A stretch of 11,504 nt of DNA from an uncultured bacterium (lineage in GTDB: Bacteria; Hydrothermota; UBA3073; NMUJ01), in assembly GCA_965612795.1 (NCBI GenBank), contig CBFDTI010000040.1:1-11504 (forward strand), read 5' to 3'. Every line of letters begins with the position of its first letter. Within the stretch, counting starts at the first letter, position 1. The notes beneath the pieces are model-generated. The model saw only the letters and a list, made by a program, of their open reading frames with translations, did not search any database and was not told the DNA's origin. The position numbers and the translations under genes are program-made. Of the stretch, positions 1 through 7,052 are shown piece by piece.

Positions 1-735
1 GGGATGCCACCATCACCGAAACCTGCCTACTTACGGGTATGGATAGAGGGTAAAGGTGATGTAGATTCGCTTAATATTAAGCCGGGTGATTGCCTCAACC
101 TCGGTATCTACAACATACGTATGTATCGCGAAAATGGTGATTATAAAATGGTATACTATACACCTGATAAGTGGTACGATACCACACGTATCGTTAATGT
201 ACTCGCATGGGATAGTGTGGACAATAAGTTTGTAACCCACTATCTGGGGGAGACTGATCTACCTGCGGATAGGTTTGTGCAGATAAAGCTTACAATGCGA
301 CCTGAAGCACTTAAAGAGACTACCGTCACTTTACAGATTGATACATCCTATACTTTGGATACAGTGGCGGTTATCGATACAATAATAAGTGATACATCGT
401 ATGTGATAGATACAGTGACGAGTGAGACGACGCTCGTGATACGTGATAGCATCGTATATGATACATTTTACATAGATACAACAGATATGACAGTGGATAC
501 GGTGCTCGACACGGTAATAGTATCACATCCGTATACGTTTAGATATCATGGCTATACCTATGATATTTTTGGTGGAGTTTCGTCAGTGGCAGAGGCTGAG
601 CTTGAACTCAACGTTGAGGAAGGTGCATACTATGATTTGTACCTATACTTTGATATCGAAAATTCTGTCGTTAGGATGTTGGACCATTACGAGCTCAACC
701 CAACGGTAGAGGTTAAAGAAATTAAAAGAAGATGA
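1..735 (+). CDS. Hypothetical exported protein, probably 5'-truncated; DUF4382-like C-terminus with an Asp-Thr-rich insertion
   Basis: Frame is open from base 1 (GGG ATG...). The ATG at 4 gives no signal peptide and starts in a Pro-rich linker (MPPSPKP), so the true start is probably upstream. The C-terminal YDLYLYFDIENSV...YELNPTVEV resembles the FDxxxSV...YxLxP ending of DUF4382 lipoproteins (by eye). The stop TGA at 733-735 runs into the RBS of the next gene. Confidence 0.75.
   Translation, partial: GMPPSPKPAYLRVWIEGKGDVDSLNIKPGDCLNLGIYNIRMYRENGDYKMVYYTPDKWYDTTRIVNVLAWDSVDNKFVTHYLGETDLPADRFVQIKLTMRPEALKETTVTLQIDTSYTLDTVAVIDTIISDTSYVIDTVTSETTLVIRDSIVYDTFYIDTTDMTVDTVLDTVIVSHPYTFRYHGYTYDIFGGVSSVAEAELELNVEEGAYYDLYLYFDIENSVVRMLDHYELNPTVEVKEIKRR
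337..522 (+). repeat. Degenerate intragenic D-(T/S) peptide repeat, 10 copies in 62 aa
   Basis: IDTSYTLDTVAVIDTIISDTSYVIDTVTSETTLVIRDSIVYDTFYIDTTDMTVDTVLDTVIV; recurring GATAC(A/G) at DNA level. Confidence 0.85.
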
Positions 736-741
736 AAGGAG
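735..741 (+). promoter_or_regulatory. Shine-Dalgarno AAAGGAG for the lipoprotein gene
   Basis: TGAAAGGAGttaagATG: overlaps the upstream stop and lies 5 nt before ATG 747. Confidence 0.8.
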
Positions 742-746
742 TTAAG

Positions 747-2267
747 ATGAGGCCAATCTCTAAGTATAGTATAGGAATTGCTATCATCCTGTTAGCTGTG
801 CTGGGTACTAATTGTCGTAGAGGTAAAATAGGTGAAAAGCATCCCAATAAGCCACCCGAAACTATATTGGCGAACGTGCCACCCGAGAACGATTCGCTCC
901 ACTCCTATACCAGAGGTGATTCATTACCTGTATATCTGCCGCTACAGACAATGTCATGGGATGGCGACGATGAAGACGGTTTCGTAGTTAAATACCGATA
1001 TCGGTATCGTACTGTTCATGTGACAAGGGGAGATACTTACTATTTTCCAGCTCGCGATGCATGGATAGAGACAACAGCTACTCAGGTGGAGATACCGTTT
1101 GAGTCATCTGATGCAGATAGGGTGGTCGATGGCGATACTATCGCATCTAACTTACAGATATTTGAGGTTGCTGCCATCGATAATGAAGGTGCAGTAGATC
1201 CTACACCTGCAGTGAGAAGGTTCTGGACGTTTGCAAATAAGCTACCTGAAACTTACATCCTTTATCCTGCAGATGGTGATAGCTTCCTTGTGCGTGCAAA
1301 CACTACACCTACGTGGCAGGGTGTGCTGGTGAGCTGGCAGGGCGAAGATCCTGACGGCGAGGTAAGAGATTACAGGTGGCGTGTGGATAGCTTGGAATGG
1401 TCACCATGGACAAGTGATACTTTTGTGTACATAAACCCAGTAGCATTTAGGGAGCCGCTCGATGGTTGGCATGTTATCGAGGTGATGGCACGTGATAATT
1501 TGTATAACCAGGATACGGCACCTGCTAAGATACATGTGCGGTTGGTGGAGGTGAAGTTCGATAAACCATTACTTGTGGTGTATGAGGAACAGAGTGCACA
1601 ACCTGGTAGCGAGCCATCAAATACTGAGGAGTTCTATATACCGTTGTTCGATTCGGTGGTAGGGGCTGGTAACTATGATGTGATCAACTTCCGTACGTAT
1701 ACAGGGAGTTTTATCGATACAGTTGCACACTATAAGGTGATATTCTGGTATCGTGACAGGATGATAAGCAGCCCAAGATACTGGTTCTGGTCCGCAAGTA
1801 ATGGCGAGATAAAGTCTATCATCAGCCAGTATCTAGACGTTGGTGGTAACCTATGGATAAGTGGCTGGTGCGCTGTGTATAGTGTGGAGGAGGCTGAATT
1901 CGATTCGGGTGGATTTGGGTTCGACTATATGCATATAGAAGAAGTTGAGAGGATATTGGAGCCACAATTTATTGGTGGTGAGGGTCATGAAGGTTGTCCA
2001 ACGGTGATGGTGGATACATCTAGATTACCGGATAGATGGGAGGGTGGTGTCAAAAACGTGTATGGGCTTATAGGTAGGGCGTTTGCTTTGCCATTACTTA
2101 CATATGTGCCACGAAGTGATACCACATTAGTGGGTAAAGTCGTATGTACTTATTACGATGGTGTCACGTATAAGGTGGTGACAACTACTTTTCCGTTGCT
2201 ATACCTTTATGAAGAAGATGCGAGGGAATTGGTGAGATATGTTTTAATGAAAATGGACGTTTTGTGA
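747..2267 (+). CDS. Putative lipoprotein with two tandem Ig/FN3-like repeats and a C-terminal alpha/beta domain
   Basis: ORF track 732..2267; ATG 747 preferred because of the SD at 735-741. Signal MRPISKYSIGIAIILLAVLGTNC has Cys at 813-815 (non-canonical lipobox). Two repeats of NKxPET...SWxGxDxDGxVxxYRxR...EVxAxDN...D..PA. C-terminal LLVV...YKVIFW...YLDVGGNLWISG pattern suggests a flavodoxin/class I GAT-like fold. Confidence 0.85.
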   Translation: MRPISKYSIGIAIILLAVLGTNCRRGKIGEKHPNKPPETILANVPPENDSLHSYTRGDSLPVYLPLQTMSWDGDDEDGFVVKYRYRYRTVHVTRGDTYYFPARDAWIETTATQVEIPFESSDADRVVDGDTIASNLQIFEVAAIDNEGAVDPTPAVRRFWTFANKLPETYILYPADGDSFLVRANTTPTWQGVLVSWQGEDPDGEVRDYRWRVDSLEWSPWTSDTFVYINPVAFREPLDGWHVIEVMARDNLYNQDTAPAKIHVRLVEVKFDKPLLVVYEEQSAQPGSEPSNTEEFYIPLFDSVVGAGNYDVINFRTYTGSFIDTVAHYKVIFWYRDRMISSPRYWFWSASNGEIKSIISQYLDVGGNLWISGWCAVYSVEEAEFDSGGFGFDYMHIEEVERILEPQFIGGEGHEGCPTVMVDTSRLPDRWEGGVKNVYGLIGRAFALPLLTYVPRSDTTLVGKVVCTYYDGVTYKVVTTTFPLLYLYEEDARELVRYVLMKMDVL

Positions 2268-2274
2268 AAGGAGG
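2267..2274 (+). promoter_or_regulatory. Shine-Dalgarno AAAGGAGG for the TonB-dependent receptor
   Basis: TGAAAGGAGGgctaATG, with ATG at 2279. Confidence 0.8.
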
Positions 2275-2278
2275 GCTA

Positions 2279-5029
2279 ATGAGACGCTATATTGCCATTT
2301 TAGCTATAATTATGTTAATACTGCCTGTAACATTAGTGGCAGGTGTTTATGGTAAAGTTGTGGGTAGGGTTATCGATAAAAAAACAGGTAAACCACTTGA
2401 GGGCGCAAACGTTATACTCATAGGTACAAACTATGGGGCAGCTACTGATAAGGATGGATACTATCATATTCTGAAGGTGTTGCCAGGTTACTACGACATA
2501 AAAGTTACGATGATGGGGTATAGGCCAGAGGTTCGTAAAAATATACATGTGGCGATAGATTTGACGACAAGGGTGGATTTCCAGCTTGAACCTACTCCTA
2601 TTGAGATTGAGCATCCGATTGTAGTTGTAGCTAAGCGGCCTCTGGTTATACCAGATATGACATCGAGTACACGATATGTGACAAAGGAGGATATCGAAAG
2701 GATACCAAATATTGAGACATTTAGGCGTGTGGTGGAGCTACAACCTGGTGCAGTCGGTGGGCACATTCGTGGCGGTCGCAGTGAAGAGGTACTTTATACC
2801 ATGGATGGCTTACCTATACGTAACCCCATATATGGTGGTACGGCAGCTTTCGACCTCACCGTTGTATCAGTAAAGGAGATGGAGGTTTTAACTGGTGGGT
2901 TCAATGCGGAATATGGTGAAGCGCAATCCGGTGTTGTAAACATTGTAACCAGAGAGGGGGGTACAAAGCCATCGATCGAACTTGAGTATAAGACTGATAG
3001 GATCTTACCGCGGATACATCCGGAGTTTCCAAGTCCATTAGCTGCTGAATATACGAATAAATATTCGGAGAACATGGATTACCTGGCGTTTGCAATAGGT
3101 GGCCCTATGTTTGGGAATAAGGATTTACGATACTTTGTATCAGGTAGCGGTAGGTTACGCGATGGCCCGTATGTAGATAAGAGGAAACGTGAGAAACGTG
3201 TGGAGATATTACCTGGATGGAAGATATACGAGAGGCAGTACAATCACTTTAACTTCAACACTAAACTTACGTATGAGGTTTCACCTAACCTCAAATTCAA
3301 TCTTGGGTTTAGGCGTTCATGGGGGTACTGGTATTGGTTTGATTGGGCATGGGTGTTTCTGGCTGATTCCATGGAGAAGTGTCAAGATGACAACTATCAC
3401 ATAACGTTTAACCTCATACATACCTTATCGCCTAAAACATTCTATACGTTAAGGGTGGGTTGGCTCAAAACATATTATCACCAGAAGTTTAGGTTACCGC
3501 CAGAATATTATCATTGGGAGTATGATACAACAGAATGGGTGTACGATACGCTTGGTATAAACATACGTAATGTGGTGATGCCTGAGACAAGCTATGTAGA
3601 GACACTGCTTATACTGGATAGCATACCGAAGGTCGATAGCCAGTATGTGGGTGAGCCATGGGGTTGGGATATGAATGGTGACGGGTTTGTCGATACAGGT
3701 GCACAGTCACGGTACCGTGAGGATCATACTTTAACACTTACGGTGAAATGGGATCTATCGTCTCAGGTACATAGGAATCACTTTTTGAAGACGGGGGTTG
3801 AGTATAGCTACTATGATGTGAGCTTTGTTGATTTACAATATACAACGCCGTTCTATTATGCTGGACGTGATGTGCCAGGGCCATACCCTGAGTATGGGTT
3901 ATATAGGTGGGTGTTTACTGGATACCCCAAGAAAGCGGCTGCTTATGTGCAGGATAAGATGGAGTTTGAAGGGCTGGTCATCAATGCAGGTGTGAGGGTG
4001 GATTATTTCGATCCCGGTCCTACAGTTGACGATACTGCATGGATAAACCAGTGGGAGCGTATTACGGATCTTGAACTTGAGAAGATCGAACATCACAGGT
4101 TCATAATAAGCCCGAGGTTGGGTGTGTCTTTCCCCATTAGTGAACGTACTTCGCTGTACTTTGCGTATGGGCATTTCAATCAGATGCCGCAGCTGCAGTT
4201 CCTGTACAGGGATCCGTTCACAGGTACATGGGTGGGTAACCCCAACCTTAAGCCACAACGTACGGTTGCATATGAGTTTGGGGTGGCACACCAGTTTGCG
4301 CGTGACATAGCAGTGTATGTTAAGCTTTACAATAAGGATATGTTTGACTACCCGGGTCAGATACAGACTGGTACACCTCCGGTATGGGTGTGGGTGAACA
4401 AAGGTTATGCGAGGGCAAGGGGTTTTGAGTTCCAGATTAAAAAGCGATTTACAAGATATTGGGCGGGTGAATTCGTGTATACCTACCAATGGGCAACCGG
4501 CTATGCATCGAGTGCGTTCATGGAATGTTACCGTATATGGGGAGGTGGTACCATACCTGTACGTGAGCATTTCCTTGATTGGGATAGAAGGCATTCGTTC
4601 ATACTGAATCTATCTACATGGGTAGATAAAGGTGAACGTTGGGTGTTGCCGTTCGATCGATGGGGTATCAATATATTAGCGCAACTGTATTCTGGGTTAC
4701 CGTATACACCGGCAGGTGTTAATCCATCGATTGCTGAGAATACGGGTAGGTTGCCATGGATATCTTACATTGATGTGACAATCAGGAAGGAGTTCAATAT
4801 CGGTCGTATGGTGGTGGAGCTCTACAGCAATATCATGAATCTACTGGATCAACGTAATGCAGTGGATAGATATAAGATAAACGGGTGGACGGGTAGACCG
4901 TATCGATATGGTGATGCTGATGGTAGGGCACATACGATATGGTCGTGGCGTAGTATGTTGAGAATGATGGAACCCAATGCATATAGTGGACCACGGATAG
5001 TTAATTTAGGGGTTAGGATAAAGCTATAG
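2279..5029 (+). CDS. TonB-dependent receptor with N-terminal carboxypeptidase regulatory-like domain
   Basis: Signal peptide, then GKVVGRVIDKKTGKPLEGANV...GAATDKDGYY (CarboxypepD_reg-like). TonB-box-like IVVVAKRP. Plug motifs HIRGGRSEE...DGLPIRNP and VLTGGFNAEYGEAQSGVVNIVTREG. Barrel motifs AYVQDK, NAGVRVD, SPRLGVSF, GNPNLKPQRT, NLLD, GPRIVNLGVRIKL. The ORF track starts at GTG 2264; ATG 2279 is preferred because of the SD. Confidence 0.96.
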   Translation: MRRYIAILAIIMLILPVTLVAGVYGKVVGRVIDKKTGKPLEGANVILIGTNYGAATDKDGYYHILKVLPGYYDIKVTMMGYRPEVRKNIHVAIDLTTRVDFQLEPTPIEIEHPIVVVAKRPLVIPDMTSSTRYVTKEDIERIPNIETFRRVVELQPGAVGGHIRGGRSEEVLYTMDGLPIRNPIYGGTAAFDLTVVSVKEMEVLTGGFNAEYGEAQSGVVNIVTREGGTKPSIELEYKTDRILPRIHPEFPSPLAAEYTNKYSENMDYLAFAIGGPMFGNKDLRYFVSGSGRLRDGPYVDKRKREKRVEILPGWKIYERQYNHFNFNTKLTYEVSPNLKFNLGFRRSWGYWYWFDWAWVFLADSMEKCQDDNYHITFNLIHTLSPKTFYTLRVGWLKTYYHQKFRLPPEYYHWEYDTTEWVYDTLGINIRNVVMPETSYVETLLILDSIPKVDSQYVGEPWGWDMNGDGFVDTGAQSRYREDHTLTLTVKWDLSSQVHRNHFLKTGVEYSYYDVSFVDLQYTTPFYYAGRDVPGPYPEYGLYRWVFTGYPKKAAAYVQDKMEFEGLVINAGVRVDYFDPGPTVDDTAWINQWERITDLELEKIEHHRFIISPRLGVSFPISERTSLYFAYGHFNQMPQLQFLYRDPFTGTWVGNPNLKPQRTVAYEFGVAHQFARDIAVYVKLYNKDMFDYPGQIQTGTPPVWVWVNKGYARARGFEFQIKKRFTRYWAGEFVYTYQWATGYASSAFMECYRIWGGGTIPVREHFLDWDRRHSFILNLSTWVDKGERWVLPFDRWGINILAQLYSGLPYTPAGVNPSIAENTGRLPWISYIDVTIRKEFNIGRMVVELYSNIMNLLDQRNAVDRYKINGWTGRPYRYGDADGRAHTIWSWRSMLRMMEPNAYSGPRIVNLGVRIKL

Positions 5030-5037
5030 GGGGGAAG

Positions 5038-7044
5038 ATGCGATACATGATGGTGGTAATGTTGGTGTCCATGCTTGTCTATGGTGTAGCGGCACAACAG
5101 GTAGAGGATTATCCCATACAATGGAAGTATCAATCGACAGGTAAGATGCGTGTGATCATATCAAACATGGGTATATATGGAGCGTTCTATGGTGGTGTGG
5201 GGTGGCCAAATTTTCATTGGGAATATCCAATAGGGTCGGGTGCTGAGCATATGGATGCATTCTCTATATGGGTAGGCGGTATCAAACCCACAGGTGATAC
5301 CATAGTTATAGGTGGATGGCTTGGTTACTATCCGTGGCATGAGCTGTGGCCATCGACAGATGATAGGGATACGATATGGGAATCGAGTATCGTGGAGCTT
5401 GACGAGTTACATGGCGTATATATGAGGGATGACGATGGTGATGGTTTAGTAGATGAAGAGTGGTTCAATGGCTGGGATGATGATGGTGATGGGTTGATCG
5501 ATGAAGATTACGCTACGTTGTCGGATCATGACTTTACGATGGTGATGTACGACTATAGTTGTCCCATATATAGCTGGCCACCATACCTTTACATAAAGCT
5601 GGTACAGACTACACATGCATGGACGTCGTCGATGATGGATGATATGATACTGTTTCGATACTGGATCATCAATCAGGATACGCTACCGATATATAATGTA
5701 TTTCTCGGCTATATGATACATCCGGCAGTTGGTTATCCGGAGCTTGCGGAGGGTAATTGGGGCTGGGTTACATCTGACGATTATGTGAGGTATGATCCGA
5801 AGCGTAAGCTGGTGATATGTTTTGATGCACCTGAGGGCAGGGATGGTACAGTTACTGAGGTGGTTGCAGTGGGTTTCTTTGATGCACCTGGTCAGGATAC
5901 CACAGGGGTTTATCAATCATTTCATTATTTCCCTAACTGGGATAACTATCCAGAACATGATAATGAAGCTTATAAATTTATGACCGATGGTATAATAGCG
6001 GGGGCGAGCTTCCCGGACGGGCTTATAGGTATGGATGTTGCTGAAGCTGCTGACCTGTCAGTGATCAATGGTTGGGGGCCATTTGGTAGGCGGATAAACG
6101 ATACGCTACGTGCGTTGATGCCAGGTGATACATTGAAGATAGCGGGTGGGTTGTTTGGTGGTGAAGATGTTGATGCATTACGTGCATATTATGATTTTGG
6201 GGTTAAGACATATCGGAGGAACTATCAGTTTCCACCACCACCGCCACCACCTGAGTTTAGGGTGAGGGTTGAAGGTAATAAGGTAATACTCGACTGGAAA
6301 CCGATAGAAGGTGGACGCAACCCAGAGGAGTTTATCGATACGTTACGTGAGGATGGTCACTACAAAGATTTTGAGGGCTATCGTGTGTATAGGGGGACGA
6401 ATAAGGCGGGTCCGTTTCAGATGCTGGCAGAGTTTGACAAAAAGGGGGTGGAGATAGATACGATAGTGTTACCTGATACAGTGATTATAGATACGGTGGA
6501 TCACCAAATATTTGGGTCAAACACTGGTATAAGTTATACGTTTGTGGATTCGGGGCTTATCATAGGGGTTACGTACTACTACGTTGTGACAGCGTATGAT
6601 CTACCCGACCCTATACATGATATGCCATCACAGGAGTCGGCACTCACACCATACGTTAAGGAAGTGCAGCCAGGGCCACCACCTGTTACGGATTTTGAGA
6701 CTGATAAACCGTTTGTGGTGCCTAACCCATATTTTGGTAACGTTGACTATACTACGATGACGAGCCCACCATGGGAGGTACCACGGTATCCAGCTATAGG
6801 ATGGACAGAAGAGGATAGAAAGATAATGTTTGCTAACATACCAGCACGCTGTGTTATAAGGATATATAGTTTGGCGGGTGATCTGGTCAAAACCATAAGG
6901 CATGAGGACGAAAGTAAGGGGTTTGCATTCTGGGACCTACTAAGTGAACAGCATCAGGCGATTGCCAGCGGTATATACATATACTCTGTGGAGAACTTGG
7001 ATACAGGTGATATATACGTAGGTAAATTTGTTGTGATCAAATAG
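5038..7044 (+). CDS. Secreted protein with acidic metal-binding repeats, an FN3-like domain and a T9SS type A-like / FlgD-Ig C-terminal sorting domain
   Basis: Sec signal MRYMMVVMLVSMLVYGVAA|QQ. Two DDDGDGLxDEx motifs and a Pro7 linker. FN3-like VILDW...EGYRVYR...YTFVDSGL..GVTYYYVVTAYD. C-terminal VVPNPY...IRIYSLAGDLVK...WD...ASGIYIY...GKFVVIK matches type A CTD hallmarks. Confidence 0.88.
   Translation: MRYMMVVMLVSMLVYGVAAQQVEDYPIQWKYQSTGKMRVIISNMGIYGAFYGGVGWPNFHWEYPIGSGAEHMDAFSIWVGGIKPTGDTIVIGGWLGYYPWHELWPSTDDRDTIWESSIVELDELHGVYMRDDDGDGLVDEEWFNGWDDDGDGLIDEDYATLSDHDFTMVMYDYSCPIYSWPPYLYIKLVQTTHAWTSSMMDDMILFRYWIINQDTLPIYNVFLGYMIHPAVGYPELAEGNWGWVTSDDYVRYDPKRKLVICFDAPEGRDGTVTEVVAVGFFDAPGQDTTGVYQSFHYFPNWDNYPEHDNEAYKFMTDGIIAGASFPDGLIGMDVAEAADLSVINGWGPFGRRINDTLRALMPGDTLKIAGGLFGGEDVDALRAYYDFGVKTYRRNYQFPPPPPPPEFRVRVEGNKVILDWKPIEGGRNPEEFIDTLREDGHYKDFEGYRVYRGTNKAGPFQMLAEFDKKGVEIDTIVLPDTVIIDTVDHQIFGSNTGISYTFVDSGLIIGVTYYYVVTAYDLPDPIHDMPSQESALTPYVKEVQPGPPPVTDFETDKPFVVPNPYFGNVDYTTMTSPPWEVPRYPAIGWTEEDRKIMFANIPARCVIRIYSLAGDLVKTIRHEDESKGFAFWDLLSEQHQAIASGIYIYSVENLDTGDIYVGKFVVIK
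5428..5508 (+). repeat. Tandem 48-nt-period repeat encoding DDDGDGL(V/I)DE(E/D) twice
   Basis: gatgacgatggtgatggtttagtagatgaagag (5428-5460) versus gatgatgatggtgatgggttgatcgatgaagat (5476-5508). Confidence 0.9.
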
Positions 7045-7052
7045 GGGGTTAT

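Noticed and set aside
337..522. GATAC-rich recurrence as a possible CRISPR array or DNA-level tandem repeat
   Set aside because: Units are only 5-6 nt, irregularly spaced, always in frame and vary at synonymous positions, so selection is at the peptide level.
732..746. ORF-track starts at ATG 732 and, analogously, GTG 2264
   Set aside because: Both overlap the upstream stop and would translate through the SD (MKGVK / MKGGL). The ATGs at 747 and 2279 have well-placed SDs and give typical signal peptides. Reinitiation at the overlap cannot be fully excluded.
747..2267. Lipoprotein as a SusD/RagB homolog
   Set aside because: It lies upstream of the TBDR and looks like beta-sandwich repeats plus an alpha/beta domain, not the helical TPR-containing SusD fold.
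2333..3404. Several 64-93 aa ORFs overlapping the TBDR on either strand
   Set aside because: Nested in a strong CDS, with no family motifs or initiation signals.
3899..4594. 231-aa minus-strand ORF
   Set aside because: Lies wholly antisense to the well-supported TBDR, has no recognisable motifs or RBS, and is best explained as a codon-bias shadow.
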